A stretch of DNA of 64,000 nucleotides, from assembly GCF_009914755.1 (NCBI RefSeq), contig NC_060925.1. One strand, written 5' to 3'. Shown one piece after another: positions 12,866 to 26,900 of this stretch. The stretch's first letter is position 1. Each line of letters begins with the position of its first letter. The notes beneath the pieces are model-generated. The model was not told the origin of the DNA and made no database searches. It was given only the letters and a program-made list of their open reading frames with translations. A program made the position numbers and the translations under genes. The stretch comes from the human T2T-CHM13v2.0 reference genome, Homo sapiens.

Positions 12866-13157
12866 GCCAGGTGCAGTGGCACACGCCTGTAATCCCAGCA
12901 CTTTGAGAGGCCAAGCTGGGAATCATCTGAGGTCAAAAGTTCGAGACCAGCCTGGCCAACATGGTGAAACCCTGTCTCTACTAAAAATAGAAAAACTAGC
13001 TGGGCATCATGGCGTGCACCCATAGTCCCAGCTACTCAGGAGGCTGAGGTGGGAGAATCACTTTAACCAGTGGGGCAGAGGTTGAACTGAGCCGAGATAG
13101 TGCCACTGCACTCCAGCCTGGGCAATAGAGTGAGACTCTGTCTTAAAAATAAATAAA
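12866..13157 (+). mobile_element. Alu (S-like)
   Basis: Alu dimer; TSD TAGGAT(G/T)CTGAA. Confidence 0.92.
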
Positions 13158-13784
13158 TAGGATTCTGAAAATTCCTATTTAAGGAAATAATTCTTTTTCT
13201 GATTTATTTAAGGCTACATTTGTATTTTCTTAATACAAATATTTTGAAAGTTTCTTCACATATGGTTTTTGCATTTCTTATTAAGTTTTGCTTCCGATTT
13301 TTTTTTGTCTTTTCTCCTGTTAATTGCCTTCACTCTCTTTCTGTTCTGTACTTTTTTTTGTATATAAGAATTTTTTGAAAAGATTGTATATCCCTGTTAA
13401 CAAATTGAAATCTCTATTCACTTTAATAGATTTTTAGCCCCAGTTAGCATATGGTTAGTGAGAAATTGCAGGGTAAGAAGAAAACAATGCTCCCTTTCCC
13501 AACACTTTTCCTGATTATAGAGAAAAAAGCATGAACTTGTATAATAATCTAGTCCTGTACAGAATAAGAAATATTAATTGCTAGACTGAGAATGTTTTTG
13601 TGACTAAAGCTAGGAATAACTTTTTAAGACTGAAGAATGATATAAGCTATCAAATCTAACTCAGTTTTCAAATAACAGGTTTGCAGAGACTGGAGAATAA
13701 AAAGTAAAAAATTGTTTTATTAATTCCAGTGACTAATTCTACTTCATCAACATATATCATAAATAAAATTTCAAAAATAATTGC

Positions 13785-16104
13785 TGATATGGTTTGGCTG
13801 TGTCCCCACCCAATTCTCACCTTGAATTATATAATCCCCATGCATCAAAGGTGGGGCCAGGTGGAGATAATGGAATCATGCAAGCAGTTTCCCCCATACC
13901 CTACTCATGGTAGTAAATACGTCTCATGAGATCTAATGGTTTTATAAATGAGAGTTCCCCTGGACAAGTTCTCTTGCCTGCCACCATGTAAGATGTACCT
14001 TTGCTACTCATTCACCTTCTGTCATGATGGTGAGGCCTTCCCAGCAACGTGGAACTGTGAGTCCATTAAACCTCTTTCCTTTATAAATTACCTAGTCTCA
14101 AGTATGTTTTTATTAGCAGTGTGAGAATCAACTAATACAGTAAATTGGTATTACACAGTAGAGTGGGGTGCTGCTGTAAAGATAACCAAAAATGTAGCAG
14201 TGACTTTGGAACTGGGAAACAGACAGAGGTTGGAACAGTTTGGAGGACTCAGAAGAAGGCAGGAAGATGTGGGGAAGTTTGGAACTTCTTAGAGACTTGT
14301 TAAATGGCTTTGACCAAAATGCTGATAGTGATTTGGAAAATACAATCTAGGCTGAGGTGGTCTCAGCTAGAGATGAGAAACTTGTTGGGAACAGGAGCAA
14401 AGGTGATTGTTGCTATGTTATAGCTCAAAGACTGGTGGCATTTTGCCACTGCCCTAGAGATGTGGAACTTTGAACTTGAAAGAGATGATTCAAGGCATCT
14501 GGTGGAAAAAATTTCTAAGCAGCAAAGCGTTCAAGAGATGACTTGGGTGCTGTTAAAAGCATTCAATTTTATATATTCACAAATATATGGTTTGGAATTG
14601 GAAATTATGTTAAAAGGGAAGCAGAGCATAAAAGTTCAGAAAATTTGCAGCCTGATGATTTGATAGAAAAGAAAAACCCATTTTCTGGGGAGCAATTTAA
14701 GCTGGCTGCAGAAATTTGCACAAGTAATGAGAAACCAAATGTTAATCACCAAGACAATGGGGAAAATGTCTCCAGGGCATGTCAGAGGTCTCCAGGGCAT
14801 GTCAGAGGTCTTCAGGACAACCCCTCCCATCACAGGCCCAGAGGCCTAGGAGAAAAAAATGGTTTTGTGAGCAGGGCCCAGGACCATGCTGCTTTTTGCA
14901 GTTTCAGGAGTTGGTGCCCTGCATCCCAGCAGGGGCTAAAAGGGGCCAACATAGAGCTCAGACCATTGCTTTGGATGGTGCAAGCCCCAAGCCTTGGTAG
15001 CTTCCATGTGATGTTGAGATTGTGGTTCACAGAAGTCAAGAATTAAGGTTTGGGAACCTCTGCTTAGATTTCAAAGGATGTATGGAAATGCCTGGATGTC
15101 CAGCAAATGTTTGCTGCAGGGGTGGGGCCCTCATGGAGAACCTCTGCTATGGCAGTGCAGAAGGAAAATGTGGGGTGGGAGCCCCCACACAGAGTCCCCA
15201 CTGGGGCACTGCTTAGTGGAGCTGTGAGAAGAGGCCCACTGTACTCCAGACCCCAGAATGGTAGTTCCACCGACAGTTAGCATCGTGCACCTGGAAAAGA
15301 TGCAGACACTCAATGCCATCCCATGGAAGCAGTCAGGAGGGAAGCTGTACCCTGCAAAGCCACAGGGGTGGAGTTGCCTAAGACCATGGGAACCCACCTG
15401 TTGCATCAGCGTGACCTGGATGTGAGACATGGAGTCAAATGAGATCATTTTTGAGCTTTAAGATTTGACTGCCCTGCTGGATTTTGTACTTGCATGAGAC
15501 CTGTAGCCCCTTTGTTTTGGCCAATTTCTCCCATTTGGAACAGGTTTACTTACCCATTGTCTGCACCATTGTCTGTACCATTGTATCTAGGAAATAACTA
15601 ATTTGCTTTTGATTTTACAAAGGGACTTGCCTTGTCTCAGATGAGACTTGGGACTGTGGACTTTTGAGTTAATGCTGTAATGAGTTAAGACTTTGAGAGG
15701 CTTTTGGGAAGGTATTATTGGTTCTGAAATGTGAGGACATGAGATTTGGGAGGGACCAGGGTGGAATGATATAGTTTGACTCTGTGTCTCTGCTCAAATC
15801 TTACTACATGTTAAGGGCAGGGCCATGTGGAGATAATTGAATCATGGGGACTGTTTCCCCATATTGTTCTCATGGTAGTGAGTAAGTCTCACAAGATCTG
15901 ATGGTTTTATAAATGGGAGTTCCCCTGAACAAGCCCTCTTGCATGTCACCATGTAAGATGTGACTTTGCTCCTCATTTACCTTCCACCATGATTGTGAGG
16001 CCTCCCCAGCAGTGTGGAACTGTGAGTCAATTAAACCTCTTGTTTTAATAAATTACCTAGTCTCAGGTATGTCTTTATTAGCAGCATGAGAACAGACTAA
16101 TATG
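13785..16104 (+). mobile_element. Complete THE1-type MaLR element (LTR 13785-14139, internal region, LTR 15767-16104)
   Basis: Both LTRs run TGATAT(G/A)GTTTG...ACTAATA; 5-bp TSD ATTGC at 13780-13784 and 16105-16109; 20-bp tandem duplication at 14768-14807. Confidence 0.92.
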
Positions 16105-16699
16105 ATTGCCTTAGTTTCCTAAAATGGTACAAAAATAAATGGCAGGAAACCACAACTGTAGGAGCAACAAGCAATATCATCAGGAAGATGAAAATAAAAT
16201 GTGATATAAAAGCATCAGTGGGGTTATTAAAGAGTAGAGTATGCACCTAACAAAGTGAATTGGTGTGATAGATAAGAAATTTGGTGTAGTGGATTTTCAA
16301 AGGGAAACCATAAAGAAATGAATGATTACAGAGATTATTAATCTGGAGAATAAACAATAAAAATCTAAGTCTAGGGAAGAAACCAGAACAATTGCAATAA
16401 GTACAATCATCAAAATATTCTTACATTCCTTTCTAAACAATTATTCCTAGTGTATAGCTTAATGTGGTTCCAGGCAAAGTGAGAGATAAAATCTCTAGAA
16501 TAAATCACTAGATAAAATCACTAGAAACATAATCTAGCCAATTGTTTCTTAATTATAAGACTAATGAACAAATATTACAAATCTTTAGGCAGGAAAATAA
16601 AAATGACTGAAAATGAAATCTTAGGGAAAACAGAATGGTTGTTATATTAAAATGTAAATATACTGGTGTGATATTTATCAAGCAAAATACCTATTTATG

Positions 16700-16960
16700 G
16701 GCCAGACATAGTGGATCATCCTGTAATCCCAGCACTTTGGGATGCTGAGGTGAAAGGGTTGCTTGAGGTCAGGAGTTTGTGATCAGCCTGGGAATCATAG
16801 CAAGATCCTGTTTATAAAAACAAAGAAAACGAATTAGCTGGGCATGGTGGTGCACGCCTGTAGTCCCAGCTACTAGAGGAGGATGAGGTGGGACAATTGT
16901 GACACTGCACTCCAACCCAGCCACAGAGCCAGTCCCTGTCTCAAAACGAAAATAAAACAA
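16700..16960 (+). mobile_element. Old Alu (J-like) with an internal deletion
   Basis: Diverged dimer; TSD CCTATTTAT. Confidence 0.85.
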
Positions 16961-17274
16961 CCCCCCTATTTATTAGTTCATTAATTTATGCCTAGAAATA
17001 AACTGTTTTAACACACCCATTAAGAATCATTATATGCCAAGCCTTTTATCTAGATAGAAAGCACATTTTGAATTTGAAAATACTATTGCTTGATATGAAG
17101 TTAATTATAACTTCTTTGAAGATACAATGCAAACACAAAATTCAGAATACAAAAGTATGTAGACAGTATGTTGTTAACAATAAGGGAAGAAAATATAGCA
17201 GGGAGATTGGCAGGAAAAACAAGACATTTTGATTTTATCACTTTGAGGTTTCTTCTACTTTACAGTTATTTTAT

Positions 17275-19950
17275 TTATTTATTTATTTTTCATTTTGTGG
17301 GTACACAGTAGGTATATATATTTATGGGGTGTATGAGATATTTTGATACAGGCATGCAACGTGAGATAAGCACATCGTGGAGAATAGGGTATCCATCCCC
17401 TCAAGCATTTATCCTTTGAGTTACAAACAACCCAATTACACTATTTAAGTTATATTGAAGGTATACTATTAAATTATTGTTGACTATAGTCGCCTTATTG
17501 TGCTATCAATTAGTAGGTCTTATTCATTCTTCTAATTATTTATTTGTACCTATTGAAAATAGGTACCCACCTCCTCCCTGACACCCCCAACCACTGCCTT
17601 CCACCACTAGCCCCTTGCGTCTGGTAACCATTCATCTACTGTCTATGTCCATGAGTTCAATTGTTCTTATTTGTAGATCCCACAAATAAGTGAGAAAATG
17701 TGATGTTTGTCTTTCTGTGCCTGGCTTATTTCACTTAACATAATGATCTCCAGTTCCATCCATGTTGTTATAAATAACTAGATCTCATTCTTTTTTATGG
17801 CAGAATACTACTCCATTGTATATACGTACCACATTTTCTTGATCCATTCATCTGTTGATGGACACTTAGGCTGCTTACAAACCTTAGCTATTGTAAACAG
17901 TGCAGCAACAAACATAGGGATGCAGATGTCTCTTCCATATACTGATTTCCTTTCTTTTGGGTATATGCCCTGCAGTGGGATTGCTGGATCATATGGTAGC
18001 TCAATGTTTAGTTTTCTGAGGAACCTCCAAACTGTTCTCCATAGTGGTTATGCTAACTTGCATGTCCACCAACAGTGTGCAAGTGTTCCTTTTTCTCCAC
18101 ATCCTCCCAAGCATTTATTACTGATTTTTGGATATAAGCCATATTAATTGGAGTTAGATGACATCACATTGTAGTTTTGATTTGCATTTCTCTGATAATC
18201 AATGATGTTGAGTACCTTTTCATATGCTTGTTTGCCATTTACATGTCTTTCTTTAAGAAATGTCTATTCAAATCTTTTGCACGTTTTTAATTGGATTATT
18301 AGAATCTTTCCTATAGAGTTGTTTGAGCTCCTTATATATTGCGGTTTATTCATGTCCTGTCAGATGGGTACTTCACAAATATTTTCTCCCGTTCTGTGGG
18401 TTGTCGCTTCTCTTTGTTGTTTCTTTTACTGTGCAGAAGAAGATTTTTAACTTTATGTAATCCCATTGGTTCATTTGTGTTTAGGTTTCCTGTGCTTATG
18501 GGATATTGCCCCCAAAATTTTTGAACAGACCTATATCCTGGAGATTCTCTGCAATGTTTTCTTATAGTAGTTTCATAGTTTGAGGTCTTAGATTTAAGTC
18601 TGTAATCCACTTTGATTTTTTTTTATATGGTGAGACATAAGGGTCTAGTTACATTCTTCTGCATATGAACATCCTGTTTTCCCAGCACCATTTATTGAAA
18701 GACAGTCTTTTCCCCAGTGTACATTCTTGGCACTCTTGTCAGAAATGAGTTCACTGTAGGTGTGTGGATTTACTTCTGTGTTCTCTATTCTGTTCCATTG
18801 GTCTATGTGTCTGTTTTTATGCCACTATTATGCTGTTTTGATTACTATAGTTGTGTAGTATAATTTGAAGTCAGGTAATATGATTCCCTAGTTTTGTTCT
18901 TATTGCTTAGGATAGCTTTGGCTATTCTGGGTCTTTTGTGGTTCCATATAAATTTTAGAATTGTTTTTTCCTATGTCTGTAAAGAATGTTACTGGTATTT
19001 TGACAGTGATTGCACTGAATCTGTAGATTGCTTTAGGTAGTATGGACATTTTAACAATGTTGATTCTTCCAATCCATAAACATAAAATATCTTTCCATCT
19101 TTTTGTATCCTTTTCAATTTCTTTCATCAGTCTTTTATAGTTTTCATTAAAGAGCTCTTTAACTTCTTTATTTAATTCCTAGGTATTTAACTTTATGTGT
19201 GGCTACTGTAAATGGGACTACTTTCTTGATTTCTTTTTCACATTGTTCACTGTTGATGTATAGAAATGCTACTGATTTCTGTATGTTTATTTCATACCCA
19301 GCAAATTTATCAAATTTATCAGTTCTAATAGTTTTCTGGTTGAGTCTTTAGGTTTTTCCGAATATAAGATCATATCATCTGCAAACAAGGATAACTTGGT
19401 TTCTTCCTTCCCAACTTGGATGGCCTTTGTATCCTTCTCTTGTCTGATTGCTGTAGCTAGGACTTCCTGTATTATGTTGAATAACTATGTAACAGTGGGC
19501 ATCCTTGTCATGTTCCAGTCCTTTGAGGAAAGGATTTCAGTTTTTCTCCATTCAGTATGATACTAACTGTGTATCTGTTGAATACAGCTTTTGTTACTTT
19601 GAGGTGTGTTCCTTCCATCCCCAGTATTTGAGGGTTTTCATCATGAAGGATATTGAATTTTATCGAATACTTTTTCAGCATCAACTGAAATGATCGTATG
19701 GTTTTTATCCTTCATTCTGTTAATATGATGTATCACATTGATTGACTTGTGTGTATTGCACCATCCTTGCATCCCACAGGTAAACCCCATTTGGTCATGA
19801 TGAATGATCTTTCTAATGTATTGCTGTATTCAGTTTGCTAGTATTTTGTTGAGGATTTTTGTATCGATATTTATTAGAGATTTTAACCTGTAACTTTCTC
19901 TCTTTCTGGGGTGTGTCTTTGTCTAATTTTGGCATCAGGGTAATACTGGC
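17275..19950 (-). mobile_element. Old 5'-truncated L1 (L1PB/L1MA-like), 3'UTR plus 3' ORF2
   Basis: Minus-strand ORF2 peptide [20 protein letters not shown] (18900-19127); T-rich tail at the left end. Confidence 0.9.
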
Positions 19951-21092
19951 TCCATATATTCCCCCAGCATCTGCCATACCTCAGTACCATATCAGAAAGA
20001 AGGAGCCTAGAGTATTATTCTGTTTCTCTGGGATGTTCTCTCACATACATGCATTCCCTCATCATTGGTCACACTTTTTGCCATTTTCTGTTTACTATCT
20101 ACCTTAACCAAGCTTAGCATCTGTGGATGGAAGTCCATAGGTGAGCTATAATACCCACCCATAGAGTGCAGCAATAGCCCCTTGCATCAATAGCCTTTCC
20201 AGAACTTCCCTCTATGAACATTCCCAATAAGAAAAAGTACAGTCACAAATATAAAACATGGCAGGCGTATCTCTACCACTAGTCAGGGGGCAGCATCTAG
20301 GCAGTCTTAGTTTAGTGAGAGAAATAATCATTCCTCAGCCCATTGTCCCTTTAGTAATGTACACTTAAATTCAGAGGACTTGAAGTAATGTTTTCAGCTG
20401 CAATGACTTCTTGTGGTAAAATCTACAGCTGTAATTCTAAATTGGTAAAAATGGATCTGGCAAAACAGAAACAGTTTACGGGGTTGGAAATATGTACGAT
20501 CTGACCATTGATAGCATTTGCCATAATCCATGTGTCTGTACATATCTAAGCATTGCCTTTGATATAACCTCTCAATTCTTTCAGAACTTCCAGACATATT
20601 GCCTTCAATGTTATTTACCACGAATCTTGCCTTGTAATCTAGATTTTATTATCTACAAGGTGATTGCTTCACTCAAATTGGGACGTGCTATCAGAAAAAT
20701 GGGCAGATTGCTTTGCACAAGGAGGAAAAGAATCACAGAGTTTAGATCATTTCAAAAAAGGAGCCAGAAGTTCTTTTGTGGATTATATCATTGGTCAAAA
20801 ATGCTGGCTGCAAACTGCTTATGAATGTAACATACACCAAGAGCAACCACCAGTGGAGGGCTGCTGCATGTGTCATTTCCATATTATTAGTTTTTCTAAA
20901 CTGTTCCATGCTAATTGGAATGTTTGTCTGATATTACCTATGAAATAATAGGCATTTTGAGTTTTAGAGTTATTATCCACAATGGTGAGGGCTATCTTCA
21001 TCAAAGCTCAGTAATGAACAAGGAATTGTCTTTTAATCCCCCTTTAAAAATTCACAAATAATAACCATACATATTTATGGGGTGCATAGTAA

Positions 21093-21200
21093 TGTGTGTG
21101 TGTGTGTGTGTGTGAGTGTATATATATATACACACATATATATACACACATCTATATACACACACATATATATACATATATATACACACATATATATATA
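21093..21200. repeat. Compound (TG)n/(TA)n/(CA)n microsatellite
   Basis: Read directly. Confidence 0.95.
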
Positions 21201-21477
21201 ATGTATAGTAGTCAGAGTAATTAGCATCTCCATTATCTCAAACATTTATCATTTCTCTTTCTGTTGGGAACACTGAATATTCTGCTTCCAGCTATTTGGT
21301 ACTATCTAGTATATTCTTGGTAACTGAAGAAAAATTATATCTAAGTGTTAACCCCAGGTATCTTGAAATGCCAACTCCTAACAGTCACAGCCTGGGAGTT
21401 CATGTTAGCCTTCTTGCAACTATGCATATCCACATAATTAATCAAAATCATTTGTGTTTTGGTGAGAATTAGCATCT

Positions 21478-21887
21478 GCAATGGTGAGTTTTATGTGTCA
21501 GCTTAGCTAGGCTGTCAATCCAAGTTATTTAATCAAATATTAATCTAAGTGTTGCTGTGAACAAGGTATTTTATAGATGGAGTTAATAACATCTACAATA
21601 AGTTGCCTTTAAGTAAAGATTACCCTTGATAATATGGGTGGGTCACATTCAATCAATTGAAGCAATAAGAGTCAAAACTTCGGCTTCCCAAAGAAGAAAT
21701 TCTACCTCAAGACTGTAACATCAACCCTTGTCTGAGTTTCTACTCTATTAACCTGCCCTGTGAATTTTGGACTTGCTTATACTCACAAATCAAGTAAACC
21801 AATTGCATAAAACAAATCTCTCTCTATCTCATCTATCTATATACACCTCACACTATACATTCTGTTTCTCTGGAAAACACTAATACA
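21478..21887 (+). mobile_element. MLT2-type LTR (paralogue at ~53477-53881)
   Basis: TGCAATGG...TTTTATGTGTCAGCTT start; TCTGTTTCTCTGGAAAACACTAATACA end. Confidence 0.75.
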
Positions 21888-22485
21888 TCATCATACCACT
21901 TAACATTTTTAAGCAATTAAAATCTCTCACTATCTTCCCAAGATTTGGTATTACTTAATATTCACTAGAGAGGCTGGTTTGACCAATTATAAAATTCCCA
22001 TTTAACAAGAACCACTAAGACCAGGTGAAGAGAGCCCTTTTCCAAAGTCTGACTATAAGCCGGTAATTGAATTCACTACCAAATTACAAACCATTTATTT
22101 CAAGGAATCTGTGGAAAGATTAATCTGGCAGGCACCAATACTTTTCTGTTTTGCAAAACAGACCACATATTTAATGTTATTTCTCTAGTATTGATGGTCA
22201 TCTGGTCTTTAAATCCTGGCGCTTGGAAGGTAGGATCTGTTGATGAAGGGTCAGAGTGAAGGAGTGCCATGATTTAACCTGTATCTCCCCAAGTCTCCAT
22301 CAAAACCTTTGTCACACATGAAGCCAATTATATTTGGTTCAGATATTTATCTCAATATTGCTGCGGTTGATTGTTCATTTGCTTTACTTTCCACCATGAG
22401 ATGTTTTAATATCACCAAACTTGCTAGCAGCAACCAAGAAAATGTATTTCTAGTAATTTCTCCATCATTTTGTATCATATTCTAA

Positions 22486-22489
<4 letters not shown>

Positions 22490-22538
<49 letters not shown>
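22490..22538. repeat. (TA)~24 microsatellite
   Basis: Read directly; absent at the paralogous site ~54470. Confidence 0.95.
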
Positions 22539-22541
<3 letters not shown>

Positions 22542-23519
22542 CAAACTCTTGAGTCAAAGTCATATACTCCAAACTACACTCCTACGATTCATTCCAGATA
22601 ATCTTCCTCTGAGGATTTTCCCTTCAGACAAAGAGTGGATTGGTAACACCCTCGCAATAAACGTTTGTCAGACCCTTCATCCTATCCTCCTTAAATTTCA
22701 TGGTGCCTTTGCCATATCATGAAGAAGGAAAGAAGCTCAGTGTCCACTTCTGATACCACTCTGCCACTCCTACACTGCTAAGCTAACAGCAGTGATCTTG
22801 CTTTCAGAACTAGCAATTCACATTTTTACCTATCATTATGTTAACTGTTGAAAATTATTTAACACAGCATTAATGTCAACAGCATAGTGAGAATTGTGAC
22901 TCTTACGTGTAGTGTCTGATTATCCTAATCTTCACCTTGAATTCATATGTTTAAGGGAGATGACTCAATGAGTGTCTGTGACCTCTGAAGTTCTTCCATC
23001 TCCTTTCCTTTATTAGTTGATGAGCTCCCTCAGCTGCATCTTATGAAATCCAGTTATTTATTATACTTATTTTAGATGAACAACCTAAAAAATGTGATTT
23101 GAGCACTTAACTCAGATTCTTATTTATCTTCAATCTGGTGTACACCTAAAGATTCTCTTGCAAGAATTTTAACAAGGGTCAAATTATCAGTCTTCTATGA
23201 AACTACAGAAAATATCACAGACTTGTTTTTAAAACTTTTCTTAAAGAAACAGGCAGAAAACTGTCAAAAACATGGGTGAGCGCTACCTAGGTAGAGAAAT
23301 AAAATATTACTCTTTCATTAGATACAAATAAACTTTGAAAACAAATTTAAATATGATTTCTAAAATAGTTAAGACTTGGTTACATTTGATGACATCAATA
23401 AAGATGAACTAGGTAAGTAATCATAATGGAGTACATTCTTAAATGCAATCATTTTTATGACACATACGTACCTCAGAGTGGAGATAAATTAAAATATTAG
23501 CATGTAATGTATCATAGTT

Positions 23520-23975
23520 ACTATGTTTTGCAGATTAAAGATGTCCACAAATAATTTGAAAATCCTCTGATTAAGTGACCTATTTCCCCATCATCTTGAA
23601 CTTGTGCTAACCCATGACTTTTCTGACCAATAGGATACGGTATAAGTATCTCTATGCCAGTTACGGATGTAAGCTTTAAAAAAATAGCAGCTTCTGCCTT
23701 GGTGTCTTGTAGCTTCTAATCAGCATGAGAGAATTCTGGGTACCCTGTAGAGAGGCCCTGAGAGTGACAGGAGTCACCTGAACCCCAAATTTCACTTGTT
23801 GCTGGCAAAGCACCAAATATGTGACTGAAGACATATTGAACCCTCCACCGCAGAATATTAACCAGATGAATAACAATGAATGTCTCCATTAATACACAGA
23901 AAATAAAAGATTTATCCATTTGAACCCCACCAAAATTCTATGCCCCATAGAATTGTGAGATGTCATTAAATGGTA
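23520..23975 (+). mobile_element. MLT1-type MaLR LTR (paralogue at ~55465-55910)
   Basis: CAGATTAAAGATGTCCACAAAT start; CCCATAGAATTGTGAGA..ATTAAATGGT near the end. Confidence 0.6.
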
Positions 23976-24399
23976 TATTAGAAAAGAAGAAATATCTCAA
24001 AACACTAACCTAAGTTCCAACTTAAGAAGGTAGGAAATCATGAATATTAGTGTATAAATCAATGAAGCAAGTGCAATATAGAAAAAACTGTTTTCTTAAT
24101 CTTCTCAAAGAATGAATAAAACCAATCAAAGTTAGTTCTTTGAGAAGAATAAATGATATATTTCTAGCAAGAACAATGAAGAAAAAAAGAAGAAACAAAT
24201 TACCTGTCATTTGGCATAGTATAGGGCATTGATTGAAATGGTTCCAATAATTGAAGGGTATACAATTATTTTAACTTTTGAAATGTCCAAAGTGTCAGGG
24301 TTTTGTCTGAAAAACACACCAAAAAAAAAGAGAATACCCAAAAGAGTTCCATTATTAAATGGAAATTTTATATGAAGGAAAATTCTACAAGAAGGTACA

Positions 24400-25400
24400 G
24401 CAATGGCCTTGGTCATATTCATGAGTAAATACCTCCTCTTTTTCTGGGACTCACTCTAGAGACTGCTGAAGCTCTGTCTTAGGCTACTGAAGGAAGAGTT
24501 TAAAGGGATTCTCCATTAGAACACCTGCTGCCAGAGGCTAGATGATTATCCTGTCTTTCTGATGGCAGTTCATAAATGAATGGTTACTACTCTACCTGGA
24601 AAGTTGTGGCAGATCCTCATGGGAAAATATAAGACTAAAGGAATTCAATAGGGTAAACTTTAATGTGTTTTCTCAGCTATTATGGAAGACATTGAGGACA
24701 TAAAAGGCCAGATCACATGGGTTGATACCAATTCATGACCAGTGATTAATTAATGCAAAAATAGTTGATGCGAGTACTTGTTGCCTGAGATACTACCTTT
24801 ATGGGAATTAAAAAGACAAATCAAACTGGGACAAGCTGATGCCCACCAAAATAAAAACTCTACCAGGATTGGAAAGCGACTGGAGTCAACAAATAGGTAT
24901 TTTGGTTCATTACCTAGAAGTAACTACTTATATACATGAAAGGAATGGTCACAGAAGGACCTAAACCAACAGAAGCACCAGAAAAGGTATAAATTGTTTA
25001 CCATAATGGTCCAGTTTCTTAGCAAGATAGGTAAGATTTAAAAATTCATTAGGACATATCCACTGGGGTGATGGCCCAGCATACAGCTAGTAAATAGATT
25101 ATATTTGATGTTCATTCTTAACACCAGGAAGATTTAAGCAAGCTTTGAAGGCCACTAAAACGTATTTGAGACTTGGTTTTTTTCATGGAAGTTAAATCTA
25201 ACGTATGAAAATTAAATAATCTGAATTGTTTTTGCCCACCAAGTTATATTCTTCTGATCAAGGAAGCTATTTTACAGCACGTGATATACAACAATGGGCA
25301 AATAAACACCACATCGAATATATATATCATATCCTTTATCTTCTGCAGAGTAGTGGAAATATTTGAAGTCATTAATTGAAATACCTGCCAAAAAAAAAAA
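24400..25400 (+). mobile_element. Decayed ERVL-class pol remnant (RNase H plus integrase core); paralogue at ~56330-57860
   Basis: 25253-25363 translates SDQGSYFTARDIQQWANKHHIEYIYHILYLLQSSGNI (integrase core); upstream SDGSS..WKVVA and LWELKRQIKLGQADAH (RNase H-like). Confidence 0.75.
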
Positions 25401-25480
25401 AGACTGGGGCAGATAGGTCAGTAATAAAGGATGAAAGAGCTGGTTTACTTGTTTTCAAGTTGTGCATTAAAATTAAACAT

Positions 25481-26360
25481 GAGATAATCATGTGGTTTTG
25501 TTTTTAGTTCTGGTTTCTGTGATGAATAACATTTATTGATTCATGTTTGTTGAGCCAACCTTGCACCACAGGAATAAAGCCTACTTGATTGTGGTGTATT
25601 AGCGTTTTGATATGCTGCCAGATTCAGTTTGATCAGATTTTGTTGACTATTTTTGCATCTATGTTCATCAAGGATATTGACCAGAAGTTTTCCTTTTCAG
25701 CTGTGTCTCTGCCAGGTTTTGGCATTAGGGTGATGTTGGCCTCATAGAATGATTTAGGAAGGAGTACCTCCTCCTCAATTTTTTGGAATAGTTTCAGTAG
25801 GAATGATACCAGCTCTTCCTTTCATATCTGGTAGAATTTGCCTGTGAATCCGTCTGGTCCCGGGCTTTTGCTGGTTTGTAGGCTTTTAATTACTGATTCA
25901 ATTTTGGAACTCATTTTTGCTTGGCTTGAAGATTGAATCTAAATGTCCATCAATGGTAGATTGGATTTTTAAAATGTGGTACACATTTACCATGGAATAC
26001 TGTGCAGCCATAAAATATAGTGAGATAATGTCCTTTGCAGGAACAGAGATGGAGCTGGAGGCCATTAACTAAGCAAACTAACACAGGAACAGAAAACCAA
26101 ATACCGTATGTTGTCACTTATAAGTGAAAGCTAAACACTGAATACATATGGATACAAAGAAGAGAACAACAGATACTTGAGGGTGGAGGATGGGAGGAGA
26201 GTGAAGATTTAACAAGCCACCTTTGACTACTATGCTTATTACCTAAGTGACAAAATAATTTGCACACCAAACCCCTCTGACATGCCATTTACCTATGTAG
26301 AAAACCTGCACATGTGCTCCCGAATCTAAAATAAAAGTAAAACATAAAATTAAAATAAAA
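25481..26360. mobile_element. 5'-inverted (twin-primed) L1; paralogue at ~57931-58830
   Basis: Antisense ORF2 piece to ~25935 joined to a sense 3'UTR with A-tail; TSD-like TTAAACATG(A/G)GA on both sides. Confidence 0.8.
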
Positions 26361-26634
26361 AGTTAAACATGGGAGAAAGCAAAGATGATTTACTATTAGA
26401 TAAATTTCCTAGATAGAGTGGTAGAGGTAAGAATGATTTGGGGATGAAACCAGCACTTATCTACAAATCTTTTCAAACACATCACAATTTTCTTCTTTTC
26501 TGCCTTTACCCATAATTTCTGAGTCCAGTTTAAAATGAACAGTTCTTGAAGCATCACTCATATTTAAACAGGAGTTACTGTCTATAGTTTTTAATTTAAA
26601 TGAATTCAGAAGGGATTGGTGGGCCAGATGAAGG

Positions 26635-26900
26635 ACTGGCAAATGACAGTCATGGGGAACTGTGGCCTGCTGCCTATTTTTGTAGGGCTCTGACTACAAT
26701 GGTTTTTACATTTTGATATCTTTTTAAAATTAAAGTAAGAAAAATCATTTGATAATTAAAATATTCATAAAATTTATATGAAATTTACATATTTGTGTCC
26801 ATAAAGTTTTATTGGAACACAACCATGTTCACTAGTTTACATATTCCCCATGGCTGTTTTTACACTATCAGGGCCAACAGAGTAGTTGCAACAGAGACCA
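26635..26900 (+). mobile_element. MER58-like hAT DNA transposon (paralogue at ~59103-59372)
   Basis: GGCCTGCTGCCTATTTTTGTA...TAAAGTTTTATTGGAACACA...AGTAGTTGCAACAGAGACC. Confidence 0.75.

Noticed and set aside
14460-15448. Cluster of ORFs up to 167 aa
   Set aside because: They lie inside the THE1 internal region and are decayed MaLR sequence, not host genes.
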